From IMG/VR virus record IMGVR_UViG_3300044454_000087, positions 1-43,334 of that record: a stretch of 43,334 bases of DNA; one strand, 5' to 3'. The notes beneath the pieces were generated by a model. The model did no database searches. It was not told where the DNA came from and worked only from the letters and a program-made list of their open reading frames with translations. A program made the translations under genes and the position numbers. Positions within the stretch are counted from its first letter, which is position 1. The number at the start of each line of letters is the position of its first letter. Below, piece by piece: positions 9,501 to 17,718 of the stretch. The stretch is from a virus (taxonomy: Duplodnaviria; Caudoviricetes).

Positions 9501-12500
9501 CGATCCGGAGAAGCAGCTGGTCCGTGAGGCCATGCTGAACATGGCCATCGACCAGTTCAAGGCCACCCTCTCCGACCTCGAGCAGCAGGGTCAGGCCGCG
9601 GACGCCGCCGGCGATCAGGCCGAGTTCGATCGCGTGATCGCGCGCATCGACCAGCTTGAGCAGCAGATGTCCCAGTTGGAGGACGGCAACATCACGGCCA
9701 TCCCGGCTGGGCTGTTCGTGGACGTGCAGAGCGTGCTGGATCAGTGGACGATGATCGGCGCCGACCCTGTGGACATCCCCCGCAAGGCGTCCCTGCTGCG
9801 CTACCTGGCTCGCAAGCACCGGCTCAATCGGATCGAGAACAAGGACACCGCGGATCTGGTGTCGGCTGTCCGGGCAGCAGTGCTGAATGACCCGGCACAG
9901 GTGAACAACCCTGATCTGGTCGGCGAAAAGGAGTGGAACGAGCTCGGTGCTTGGGCCTCCACCATCTTCATCTCGGAGCTGGCCACGCGCTCGAGCTCCG
10001 AAGTAGGCATGGCGCCCATCCTCCTTGGCGAGGAGGGCGACCAGATTCGTCGGTACTACGACAAGACGTGGTCGTACCTGGTGGACGGGCTGTTCGACGA
10101 CAACGTGCTGGCCGGCGCTACCGTCATCAAGCAGCAGGCCCTGCACAACGTGGACTTGACGGTCTCCGATGTCGCCAAGCAAATCGAGGACGGGCTGCTC
10201 AACCCCAACAAGATGGGCGAGTGGACCGATCGTATCCCGATCCGGTCGATGGAGGCCCGGCAGATCCTGCTGCGTGCCCCCGTGGGTGCTGCCATCCAGA
10301 CGGAGGGCAACGACCCGAAGGAGCTTGGCGACCTGATCGCCTCGGGCTGGGTGACGTGGAAGCTTCCCGATCCCACCCAGCACATCAGCAACTGGACGAT
10401 GCCGATTCCGGACGGTGGCAAGATCGTCGATGCGCTGTCCGACCAGCCGCACGCCTATGTCAAGCTGCAGAACCACTTCGTCAACCGCCTCGAGCTCACG
10501 GCCACGGATGCACAGGGCAACCCTGTCTCGCTCAACCTGCTCGACACGGTCGGCCAGATCAACAGCACGCACGAGGACGTGGCCAACTCCCCGTATCGGG
10601 TGCTGAACCTGTCGCTGCTGGACAAGGCTCTGGCCGATCTCCGGTCTGAGCAGGGCCTGACGGGCATCGTGGTCGAGATCGACTACGTGGACATCAGCAA
10701 GATGCCCGCGTCGAAGGAGTTCGCCAACAACATCTTCTTCGATGGCGTCGGGCGCGAGTCCGCGGCCGGCACCAGCCCCGGTCCCGTGGCCGCACTGTTC
10801 TTCGCCCTCGGCGGCCTGTCGAAGATCGGCCAGCAGAACCCGCTGGACCAGGCGACGAAGAAGGGCAAGCAGTTCCGGGCGTTCCTCACCACTGCGCTGG
10901 ATGAGGTGGTGACCCTCGAAGCAGGCGGCAAGCCTGTCGAGGAGATCCTGATGGACAAGGCCCTGCACCTGTGGGCGCAGGAGTACCCCGGTGGCTTCCT
11001 GCTGAACACGGATCTCCCGGCCCTGTACAAGATGATGAGGATGCGTCACGTCGTCGTCGGGTACAACGCCGCAGGCGACAAGGAGGTGATGTGGCCCGAG
11101 CAGGCGATGGAGTACCAGCGCAACGGCGGCACCATCCCGCTGAGCAACGTCGATCTGGTGCCATTGTCCGACTCGGTTGCTCAGACGCTGCACGGTGGCA
11201 GCGGGTACTTCGGCCTGAAGGACGTGGCCACGCGCCCGGTGCTGAACCTGCAGGACGTGCAGGCGTACCCGCCGTTGACGGCCGAGTGGTTGGACCAGCT
11301 CGGCCTGAGCAGGCTCGGCGAGAAGGGAATCGCCAACAGGTCCGACGTCACCACGGTGTCCTCGCTGCCCAGGGCCGCGGCCTCCCGCACGAAGGCCGGG
11401 CCCCTGCGCACCCGCTGGCAGCACCGCTCGGAGAAATGGCGCGGCGAGCTGTCCCGCGTGCACGACATTCGTGGCGACAAGCGCGAGGCCGGCAAGGGCA
11501 AGTTCGACATCTCCCGGATGAACGAGGTCAACGCCAAGCGCGTCGTCCGGATGCTCGCAGCAGAGCAGCAGGGGGACACGTTCTCCAAGATGGGCGTGCC
11601 GCACCCGGCGATGCAGAACCTCGCGTCGCTCGAGGTGAGCGCAACGCTCGCCGCCAACATCGACAAGTACATGGGCGGCGACAACAGCATCCTCTGGGTG
11701 CATGACCAGACGGCTGCGACCGACCTCAACAACGGCGTGCTCGGCGTGGCCTCGACCAATGCGGAGTCCTACGGCCGCAACCTGGCCGCCGGTCCTGTGT
11801 TCGGTGATGCGGTGGCTGTCCGGCTGGACACGCTGCTGGCCGCCACAGGTGACAAGACCCGCGCGCTGAGCAAGGCCAAAGAAGTCATCGAGGAGTACAC
11901 CGATCGCGGTCTGGTCATCGTGCTCGTCTCGGAGAACGGCGACCACCAGCTCCGCGCTGCAGTGGCTGCCTGGCTGAACGAGGGCGCCCAGGACTACATG
12001 GCCGCCAACGATTCGGGCCACATCTTCGTTCCGATCCTCGAGGATCCGACAGTCAACGCGACCTCGATGATGCTGCACTCCTCGCTACAGGAGAAGCAGG
12101 TGTTCTCCACGGAGGGCCTGGAGCTCGCACTCGTCGCTGACGAGAGCGCAGACACTGGACTGTCCGAGGGCGTGCAGTACGTGGACCTGCAGCACAGCCG
12201 GTCGTGGCGACGCATCGTGTCGGCCATCCTTCCCTCGGCCATCACGGGTTCGGTGTCCACGCAGGACAAGAGCCTGTACGCCTTCAACGTCCCCGCCAAG
12301 GGAACGGATGGAGTCGACCAGTTCGCCATCGTGGCCTCGAAGCTCAAGCCACTGCTGCAGTCCCCCGAGGGCCGGGCGTGGCTGGCGGAGATGGCCGGCG
12401 GTGTGCAGGGCGATCCGGAGGGATTCAACAAGCACCGAGTGAACCCGAACGGAACTGTCGAGCCAGGCATCCTCGGTCTCGAGGACGCTTTGACCAAGCT

Positions 12501-15500
12501 GATGGAGCAGCTGGACGCAGGCATCTTCCCGACCGATCCGGGCCAGGTGCTGCAGACCGGCGCCATCATTCCGCTCATCACGGGCACGGACACGATCCTG
12601 CTGTCCCGCGTCGGATTCGATCTGCCCGACATGAACCGCATGGGCGAGATGATCCGCACTCCGAAGGGGCAGCCCAAGTTCGTGGCCGGCGGCCCGCTCG
12701 GCGAGGGCATCGCCATCTCACGCGCATCCATCAGCTCCACGCAGACGGTGCCGCCGCCGTTCACGGTGGACAAGGTGATGGTTGATCACCGCGGCCTGCG
12801 CGTCATCGGCACGTACGACCAGGGCCAGCTGGCCAAGGAGATCAGCGAGGGCACCGGCCTGAAGGAGGGCCTGGCCCCACTGCCCAAGGGACTGAACTTC
12901 CTGAAGCAGGCCATGTCCGCGATGAACGGGACACGGGTCACCAAGATCAAGTCGAAGAAGGGCGTGATCTCCAAGGAGGCCGGGTACGGCGTCGTCGACA
13001 ACTTCCGCTGGGCCTTCGCCACCTACGGCATGGACTTCCGTCAGGACCTCATCGAGTTCTTCTGGGGACCGCTGCAGGATCCTAATGACGAGGTGGCGTT
13101 CAAGACGGCGTGGGACAAGACGCGGACGATCCTGGACCTGTGGGCCAACACCGACCACGGCCTGTCAGCTCAGGACATCGAGCGCGGCCTCGACGCGGAG
13201 TCCATCGCCATCGTCGCGCAGAACGGGATCAACTCGATCCTCGCGCGCAGCGATGAGAACTACACGCCTCTCGACCTGCAGCAGGATCCGGACGGCGTCG
13301 AGGATCCGAAGCGCCGGCTGGCCCTGCTGGTCATCGCGTCGCTGATGGCACCGCGGATCACGGTGGACGACGTGGTCTCCACGTCCGGCCTGCTCACGGT
13401 GAACAGCCGGGACAGCAAGGCGCAGGTCGCCCTGATGCCAGCGCTGCTCACCGACGCGCTCGACGACATCCGGTTCCCCGAGCTGCGAGCCATGCTGTTC
13501 CAGCGCATGAACAGCCGCATGCCGATCAACCCGGACACCGGCAACCCGGCCTACTTCATGCACCCGGACTGGACGTTCGATGTCGAGATGTTCGACGAGA
13601 ACGCCAACGGTGGCAAGGGTGGGTACGTCACGAAGACCGGCAACCTGCAGATGACGCTGCCGATCCCGGCCGACGAGAACTCGGTTCAGCTGTCGCAGGC
13701 TGCGCTGAAGTCCAAGACCCAGATCTCGCCGCACATCGCGCGCACGACGCAGATGGCCGGCGGCGGCATCCAAACCACCGACGTCAAGAGGGACAAGAAC
13801 GGCGACATCATCGGCTTGAGCCAAGAGCAGATGGACGAGCTCTGGAACAACGAGATCCTCAGCTTCGAGTCCGGCAGCGGCCAGACGGTCTGGGACATGC
13901 TGCGTCGGGTCAGCACCGAGGACGTGCCGTACAACCCGTGGGAGCGCACGCTGCCCCTGCAGACGCTGCACCTGCGGGAGAGCGATCGGAAGATGCGGGC
14001 GTACGTCACGCCGATCGACAAGACCGACAAGGTCGCGTGGCCGGACAGGGCTCGTGCCGAGTCCAAGGCAGACGAGCTGCTCGAGATCATCGGCCTCACC
14101 CAGAACAAGGTGATCGGTCGCTTCGAGGTGGACTACCTCGTGCGCCAGTTCCTCGGGCGCCCCGGCAAGGCCGAGGGCCAGGAAGTGTTCGTCGAGGAGA
14201 TCACCCAGTCGGCGTACATCCAGGCAGTCGACCTGATGCTGGAGAACGTCGGCAAGAAGCTTCACCCGCTGCACGGTGGTGTGGTCCCGCTCGAGCACCA
14301 CAACTTCTGGCGCATGGTGTACGACGCCAACGAGAAGCGGCCGGTGGCTGATCGCTGGCGGCCGGCTACGAAGATCACGGGCGAGCGCACCGAGGTCGCC
14401 AAGAGCTGGTACGAGTGGGTCGAGTCCCTGATGGGGCAGGTGAGGGAGTCCAACACCGAGTTCCACTCGATGTTCCGTCAGGACCTCGACGGCCACTGGC
14501 ACACGTACCAGGGCACGGCGTCTTCACTGCTGACGCAGCAGCTCTCGTGGGACGAGCTCACCTCGCTGAAGCTGATGGACGCAGAGGCCAACAGGTTCTA
14601 CCTCTCAATGGATCCCAGCGAGGATGCGTTGATGAAGGACCCGATCATCCTCGACAACATGCTGATCAACTACAGCACGATCATGGGCCACGCCCCTACC
14701 TTCACCGGACTGGATGCGCGGACCACCGAGGTCTCGGATCTGGCTCAGCAGATCGAGCGCCAGAAGGCGTGGCTCAACAAGCAGCGGATCACGCCGCAGA
14801 AGCAGGTCTCGATCCACGACTACGCCCGGCAGGGTGTGGAGTACCTCGAGTCCCAGCGGAAGACGACCAACTTCTTCCGCGGCCTGACCAACCTGTCGAT
14901 CACGATGCGACTGGCCAACCCCGCGCTGTACGTGTCGGCCTTCTTCGAGGTGCCGTTCCGCAACGTGTTGGAGCAGGCGACCAACATGCTGACTGGCGGC
15001 TACACGGGCGCCGGAGCTGAGGGCGTCGGCCGGCTGCAGGCCAAGGCTGGTGTGAAGCAGCGCTTCACTCCCGACGATCTGGACAAGATCCAGCGCCTGT
15101 CCGAGCAGCTCGGTAACAGCAACATGTGGCTCGGCGAGCTGTTCAAGGAGATGACGTACCAGAACTACGTCGAGGTCGGCAGCCAGGGCAAGGTCAGCTC
15201 CTTCCTCGAGAAGTCCGCATTCACCACGGCCAAGGTCACGTCCGACCCGCGCTGGGGCATGCGGAACACCTCGGCAGCCAAGAGGTACCTGGAGGCTGCC
15301 TGGGAGTACATGGTGATGACCAATGCCCAGATCACCGTGGAGCAGTTCGTCGCGGCGATGACGCGGGATCCTCTGTGGCTGAAGAAGAACTCGCCCGAGG
15401 GCAGGTTCTCCGCACACCGCGCGGGCCTCAACCGCGTAGCGCAGGTGCGCTCCACCAAGGCCACCACGCTGGGCAAGGCGATCATGTCGCCGGTCGACTC

Positions 15501-17718
15501 GCTGACCGCGAGCGATGCTCTGGGCGCCAACATGTTCGGGCACCTGCTGAAGATCCCGCTCATGTTCACGCGGTTCAACGTCAACGCCTTCATGACGCTG
15601 ACCGGACTGGGCGGCTTCGACCAGGCCGCGGCCATGTTCTTCGATCGGCGTCAGCCGGGTCCGTTCATGGGTCGCATGCGCGCACTGGCCACGATGAGCA
15701 AGTACGAGCCGGAGAAGGTTCGTCCGATGGACCTGTCCGACGTGATCGAGAGCGTGGACCTCGCGCGATCCTTCACCAAGGGTGCGATCACGCAGACCGG
15801 GCTCATGATCGCGGGCATGATGGCCGGCGGCCTCGGCCTCGGTGGTGAGGACGAGGAGGAGCGCAAGCGTCGCCGGATGGCGGAGTACCTCAACATCCCG
15901 TACTACCGCGATCCTCGCAGGGCCCAGAACGATTTCCGCTGGACCGACGCGATCTTCCTCGACGACATCCCTGTGCTCAACACGCTGTTCAGCACCGACG
16001 CCGTCACAGCTGACGAGAACGGCAACACCGTTACCATTCCGGGCCACTCGGCCGTGGTGCCGCACTGGATCCTCAAGCAGTTCCTCTCACCCGCTCTGGG
16101 TGTCGCCCGGTTCTTCGAGACCGGCGATGCGCGGGAGATCGGCTACGGATTCCAGGAGGCCATCGCTGTCTTGCCGACCTCGGTCATGAACCTGTGGTCG
16201 GAAGCGGACCTGACGGCCAAGCTGCTGATCGACGCTGCCAAGGACACCGAGGGCGTGAACGCGGCCGAGGTGGAGAACCAGACCTCGCAGCTGATGATCA
16301 ACGTCGTCGGGATGTACGAGAAGGCGCTGATCGAGAACTCGTTCGTGAACTCGATCCGGCAGGCTGGCGATCACTACGACCGCAACCCGTGGGTGATCCC
16401 CATGACTGCCAACGAGAACACTGGTGAACTCGACCGGACGCAGGGCGAGAACCTGCCGCAGTCCACCAACGCGATGCGGACCTTCGTCCGGCCGGACGGC
16501 TCGATCGGCCAGGCGTACGCGACAAGGACTGGTGACGACGCTGTTGCTCACCAGTACGCGGAGAACAACTTCACGGCCGCCGTGCTGATGTCGCTGATCA
16601 CCGGCCAGTTCAATGTGGCCGACTCCTCCTTCATGCGCCAGAACATGGCGGTCAAGGAGCGGACTGTGCAGCTGACCCCCACCTCGAAGGCGGAGGCAGA
16701 GGCACTGTTCCACCAGGCGTTCATGGCTCCCGGTCACCAGACCTTCATGACGAAGGACGAGATCCAGCGGGTGCTCAAGGCACGCGACGAGGCGGCTGGC
16801 ATCTACTGGAAGCAAGAGTCCATCGAGGCCCAGGCTGATGCCATCTGGGAATCCCAGAACGGCAAGGAGTTCGCACTCAGTGTCCTCGACGATGACGGCA
16901 AGGAGGTCATCGCCAAGGAGGGCGCTCGCGCGATCTTCACCGGCCTGCAGAAGGGCACGGTCAAGTTCGGTGATCCGTCGCTGGCCAACGTCGGCATCTC
17001 GCAGGAGATGCGCGACGAGATCGCCAAGGAGTGGCTGACCGAGCTGGTGCAGGAGGGCGTCGATCTCGGGCTGCCTGAGTCGGCTGCCAAGTACCGGGCC
17101 AACCGGCTCTGGTGGGGCGACCAGGAGAACCCGGCTGCACCGGGCCTGCGCGAGATCATCTACTCCAACAAGATCTCCGTGCAGTCCGAGGCCACGTACA
17201 AGCAGCTGAACACCACGTACGCTATCGGTCCCGACGGCCGGCCGTGGGCCACACCGTTCCAGCGCATGAACGTGATGCAGTCCCTCGGTGTGCCGACCGC
17301 TCACCGGATGACTGAGACCATCCCCGGTGTCACGGGTCGGGACGAGCGTGGCAACACGGTTGACCTGGTGCGCGGGATCAATACGGGCCTGGCGTCGCTC
17401 GAGCCGGAGCTCGTGATCCCCGAGTTGGTGATCCCCGACAACCTGCTGGACGAGGTCAACGCCAAGACCGTCACGCCATCACGGACTCCGTACGGCCGCC
17501 GCAGCTACGGCTACGGTCGCCGCGGCTATGGTGGCTACAGCGGTGGAGGCTCCAGCTGGGGCCCGAACTTCCAGCGCATGGATCGACTGCCGGAAGGCAC
17601 GTCGGCTCGTGCAGACTGGGTGCCGATGATCAACACGAACACCCCGATCATTCGCCGGGCAGATGTCAGGCGTGAGCGAATCTCGTCCGAGCGAGGAAGG
17701 CTGAAGCAATGGCAGTAG
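3565..17718 (+). CDS. giant virion/ejection protein (4717 aa), putative virion-associated two-barrel RNA polymerase
   Basis: 14.1-kb ORF with strong GC3 bias, directly upstream of portal and capsid. LNLARHP (R886) ... VYTHQSTLKTLGGDHDGDTM (D928/D930/D932) parallels beta' LLNRAP ... [20 protein letters not shown]. The CDS is certain; the function is inferred. Confidence 0.7.
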   Translation: MADFTKPSELGRAAENPAAPAGLKQTAGRMKTGQERFLAGESKLAPWLPKDSMLETAQSWYGGQNTEGVKNGWDTNFYSTMFAQRDEWVNKAQAENSNQRFYDWLNPQVNPNATGVVAWGADPTKTDKNYQGDRFGDVYQNGKKVANVYDDYDPATADVMMGEYLFTNDEKERMFRAPDAREQYRAKVEGYRQQNTEAKEYGKSAESFQRETEARERALSEGVGNEALIAGATVATGATVLGGIASAAAVSGAAFSWTGPGALLAAAAGGTIAGIAAWMNQDQLVELTARAQEVTDRSEGFWQTAGSALEGVGTVGSKLAMPFSNTVQGIYEVNKGLDKVGDHTSEFNKVVDGERQAPGWVQGLDVAAALTDGVLQFASPTGRWLYMGTMGTTVAGGAAGLTSGAGFNYSRGQFDKYENWKEWSAAIGSTGIDAVQMGMAGALASGARTARTAVGMESSRAATAGETALTRAGDRIWNKLPGTKKIEGETFETVNGMRFGLDSSGRAVSSRSTVELLAPSEMLRWIPTNWRARALKKSDEGALTADDLFRAAKDLSNPSSKLQGMILTGYAEAGEEAVQALFDPVSFGEAVDPQAVFQAAAYGFAGGAGMALGSATTQPSNARQEEYIARLAHTLTNNGQMMSDAEWKTYYSSLSPAQRKALAKTTPDQQSQIQGVIDSLTELHQFDATQTAFGLASLQGMKIAQRWEKLHNKALKEGNGSLVLMGMPADTIVTPGGTKESWRFPPNAAVMSAFETVNQIRNINKGLAKQRDFFQAVIAEQTKERAQTTDPELLDKIDQRIADATARMADLGNQRTISDQITTAFEDLYAQFVAETGYDEQMNLLDAMNGILRSAFNGELKDPTGTLYPPEMQTYAQRSVELNLARHPLIDNGSFALLMPQISPELTRVNAHGTVYTHQSTLKTLGGDHDGDTMVPQHDIYRDPAQLQERRRGTQYVREMTLAERKDAAKKDPRIDPTITRWTVVADAPDSEKAYVRTMSANLRNRNTAYFTAVNDGIKSVCMDFYNRYATDGTNAGPFAPEVVVDLLQEFEDNVTAGNENARTMLVEGLFNATPTAAQQLFAMADGTKVPELLWMMGTINVAWDSIQRQFGHLSALDRDEVKLGDPNRIPADNAYQANKARLDAATAADDLAAIGAVDQTRSKQSLHYSAFFQSSTELGQIADTGWTTEKRDQLTELYATLGTLDNRTDLEKIEGKTAITDRVVHWLTKIAETVPGTSLKTPELLLLLANVKVPDVQTNELNAYELSDGRITLLQLLLRKSLEIEQVNQRKLGPDSDVMLKINKLMTLTRPNGEKSNTAALALLEVYGNHQLYQLIGDASMYLGPQVTLNQLQMLLTGMHSDSRRRLVNSFKRSPAYFSHHGTGDAPWDARVLYTGQVNAFTMLVDAVASGARTSFQAMEGRDESAHKQFKDGLAGLHEWMDVWRAQHSERFQREGEVTDRAVLRDLLAKRPEVASMVVNLIPETAQLGVFKVVGTKVHTAKWVEEMLLERDTERAAKMLFLHTKLSEFNVMGGTIDFRMAEEGSPQNGAVGKVRYGRIESRFLQVIHELASDSDGVRLAAFLKMAHEAPDLKTLFTRLNNEPQWRGDRERLLPYHDDVKLFEVDPKDVWNPGMPGALQRENLKGWGERMALYGERARAEAAALDSNRKVIANMQAYSKDPKVDVSGASVFYGLLKQAIENRRRFPDANGQAAREQMVELLQVGLARMHDKGKVDESARAMGEPLITMDSWGYKNGLLLETDALTVRDWDDIKTNLTKLVEGPVRVQMRDGSILTLDMSNVDTALEMLADPDTQAFAIAVLFPSVRDVNVNGVVQTYQDVDNTGLIEAMLQEQTFAHLFNDTGGWSSRVAQAHRYIGTVEAYVRRASLDQPVESQARMYFPIQNMINDFILAYGHSPKAGKVDPEKVRQQLIVDVADAIKAVATLEPAERGSLRDAIKAVMLQRYGGDDSRVSDFLASDPEKQLVREAMLNMAIDQFKATLSDLEQQGQAADAAGDQAEFDRVIARIDQLEQQMSQLEDGNITAIPAGLFVDVQSVLDQWTMIGADPVDIPRKASLLRYLARKHRLNRIENKDTADLVSAVRAAVLNDPAQVNNPDLVGEKEWNELGAWASTIFISELATRSSSEVGMAPILLGEEGDQIRRYYDKTWSYLVDGLFDDNVLAGATVIKQQALHNVDLTVSDVAKQIEDGLLNPNKMGEWTDRIPIRSMEARQILLRAPVGAAIQTEGNDPKELGDLIASGWVTWKLPDPTQHISNWTMPIPDGGKIVDALSDQPHAYVKLQNHFVNRLELTATDAQGNPVSLNLLDTVGQINSTHEDVANSPYRVLNLSLLDKALADLRSEQGLTGIVVEIDYVDISKMPASKEFANNIFFDGVGRESAAGTSPGPVAALFFALGGLSKIGQQNPLDQATKKGKQFRAFLTTALDEVVTLEAGGKPVEEILMDKALHLWAQEYPGGFLLNTDLPALYKMMRMRHVVVGYNAAGDKEVMWPEQAMEYQRNGGTIPLSNVDLVPLSDSVAQTLHGGSGYFGLKDVATRPVLNLQDVQAYPPLTAEWLDQLGLSRLGEKGIANRSDVTTVSSLPRAAASRTKAGPLRTRWQHRSEKWRGELSRVHDIRGDKREAGKGKFDISRMNEVNAKRVVRMLAAEQQGDTFSKMGVPHPAMQNLASLEVSATLAANIDKYMGGDNSILWVHDQTAATDLNNGVLGVASTNAESYGRNLAAGPVFGDAVAVRLDTLLAATGDKTRALSKAKEVIEEYTDRGLVIVLVSENGDHQLRAAVAAWLNEGAQDYMAANDSGHIFVPILEDPTVNATSMMLHSSLQEKQVFSTEGLELALVADESADTGLSEGVQYVDLQHSRSWRRIVSAILPSAITGSVSTQDKSLYAFNVPAKGTDGVDQFAIVASKLKPLLQSPEGRAWLAEMAGGVQGDPEGFNKHRVNPNGTVEPGILGLEDALTKLMEQLDAGIFPTDPGQVLQTGAIIPLITGTDTILLSRVGFDLPDMNRMGEMIRTPKGQPKFVAGGPLGEGIAISRASISSTQTVPPPFTVDKVMVDHRGLRVIGTYDQGQLAKEISEGTGLKEGLAPLPKGLNFLKQAMSAMNGTRVTKIKSKKGVISKEAGYGVVDNFRWAFATYGMDFRQDLIEFFWGPLQDPNDEVAFKTAWDKTRTILDLWANTDHGLSAQDIERGLDAESIAIVAQNGINSILARSDENYTPLDLQQDPDGVEDPKRRLALLVIASLMAPRITVDDVVSTSGLLTVNSRDSKAQVALMPALLTDALDDIRFPELRAMLFQRMNSRMPINPDTGNPAYFMHPDWTFDVEMFDENANGGKGGYVTKTGNLQMTLPIPADENSVQLSQAALKSKTQISPHIARTTQMAGGGIQTTDVKRDKNGDIIGLSQEQMDELWNNEILSFESGSGQTVWDMLRRVSTEDVPYNPWERTLPLQTLHLRESDRKMRAYVTPIDKTDKVAWPDRARAESKADELLEIIGLTQNKVIGRFEVDYLVRQFLGRPGKAEGQEVFVEEITQSAYIQAVDLMLENVGKKLHPLHGGVVPLEHHNFWRMVYDANEKRPVADRWRPATKITGERTEVAKSWYEWVESLMGQVRESNTEFHSMFRQDLDGHWHTYQGTASSLLTQQLSWDELTSLKLMDAEANRFYLSMDPSEDALMKDPIILDNMLINYSTIMGHAPTFTGLDARTTEVSDLAQQIERQKAWLNKQRITPQKQVSIHDYARQGVEYLESQRKTTNFFRGLTNLSITMRLANPALYVSAFFEVPFRNVLEQATNMLTGGYTGAGAEGVGRLQAKAGVKQRFTPDDLDKIQRLSEQLGNSNMWLGELFKEMTYQNYVEVGSQGKVSSFLEKSAFTTAKVTSDPRWGMRNTSAAKRYLEAAWEYMVMTNAQITVEQFVAAMTRDPLWLKKNSPEGRFSAHRAGLNRVAQVRSTKATTLGKAIMSPVDSLTASDALGANMFGHLLKIPLMFTRFNVNAFMTLTGLGGFDQAAAMFFDRRQPGPFMGRMRALATMSKYEPEKVRPMDLSDVIESVDLARSFTKGAITQTGLMIAGMMAGGLGLGGEDEEERKRRRMAEYLNIPYYRDPRRAQNDFRWTDAIFLDDIPVLNTLFSTDAVTADENGNTVTIPGHSAVVPHWILKQFLSPALGVARFFETGDAREIGYGFQEAIAVLPTSVMNLWSEADLTAKLLIDAAKDTEGVNAAEVENQTSQLMINVVGMYEKALIENSFVNSIRQAGDHYDRNPWVIPMTANENTGELDRTQGENLPQSTNAMRTFVRPDGSIGQAYATRTGDDAVAHQYAENNFTAAVLMSLITGQFNVADSSFMRQNMAVKERTVQLTPTSKAEAEALFHQAFMAPGHQTFMTKDEIQRVLKARDEAAGIYWKQESIEAQADAIWESQNGKEFALSVLDDDGKEVIAKEGARAIFTGLQKGTVKFGDPSLANVGISQEMRDEIAKEWLTELVQEGVDLGLPESAAKYRANRLWWGDQENPAAPGLREIIYSNKISVQSEATYKQLNTTYAIGPDGRPWATPFQRMNVMQSLGVPTAHRMTETIPGVTGRDERGNTVDLVRGINTGLASLEPELVIPELVIPDNLLDEVNAKTVTPSRTPYGRRSYGYGRRGYGGYSGGGSSWGPNFQRMDRLPEGTSARADWVPMINTNTPIIRRADVRRERISSERGRLKQWQ

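Noticed and set aside
12958-12975. KGVISK exact match to bacterial RpoB as stand-alone evidence
   Set aside because: A 6-aa match can occur by chance in 4717 aa and fits a different register from the alignment I favour; not counted as independent support.
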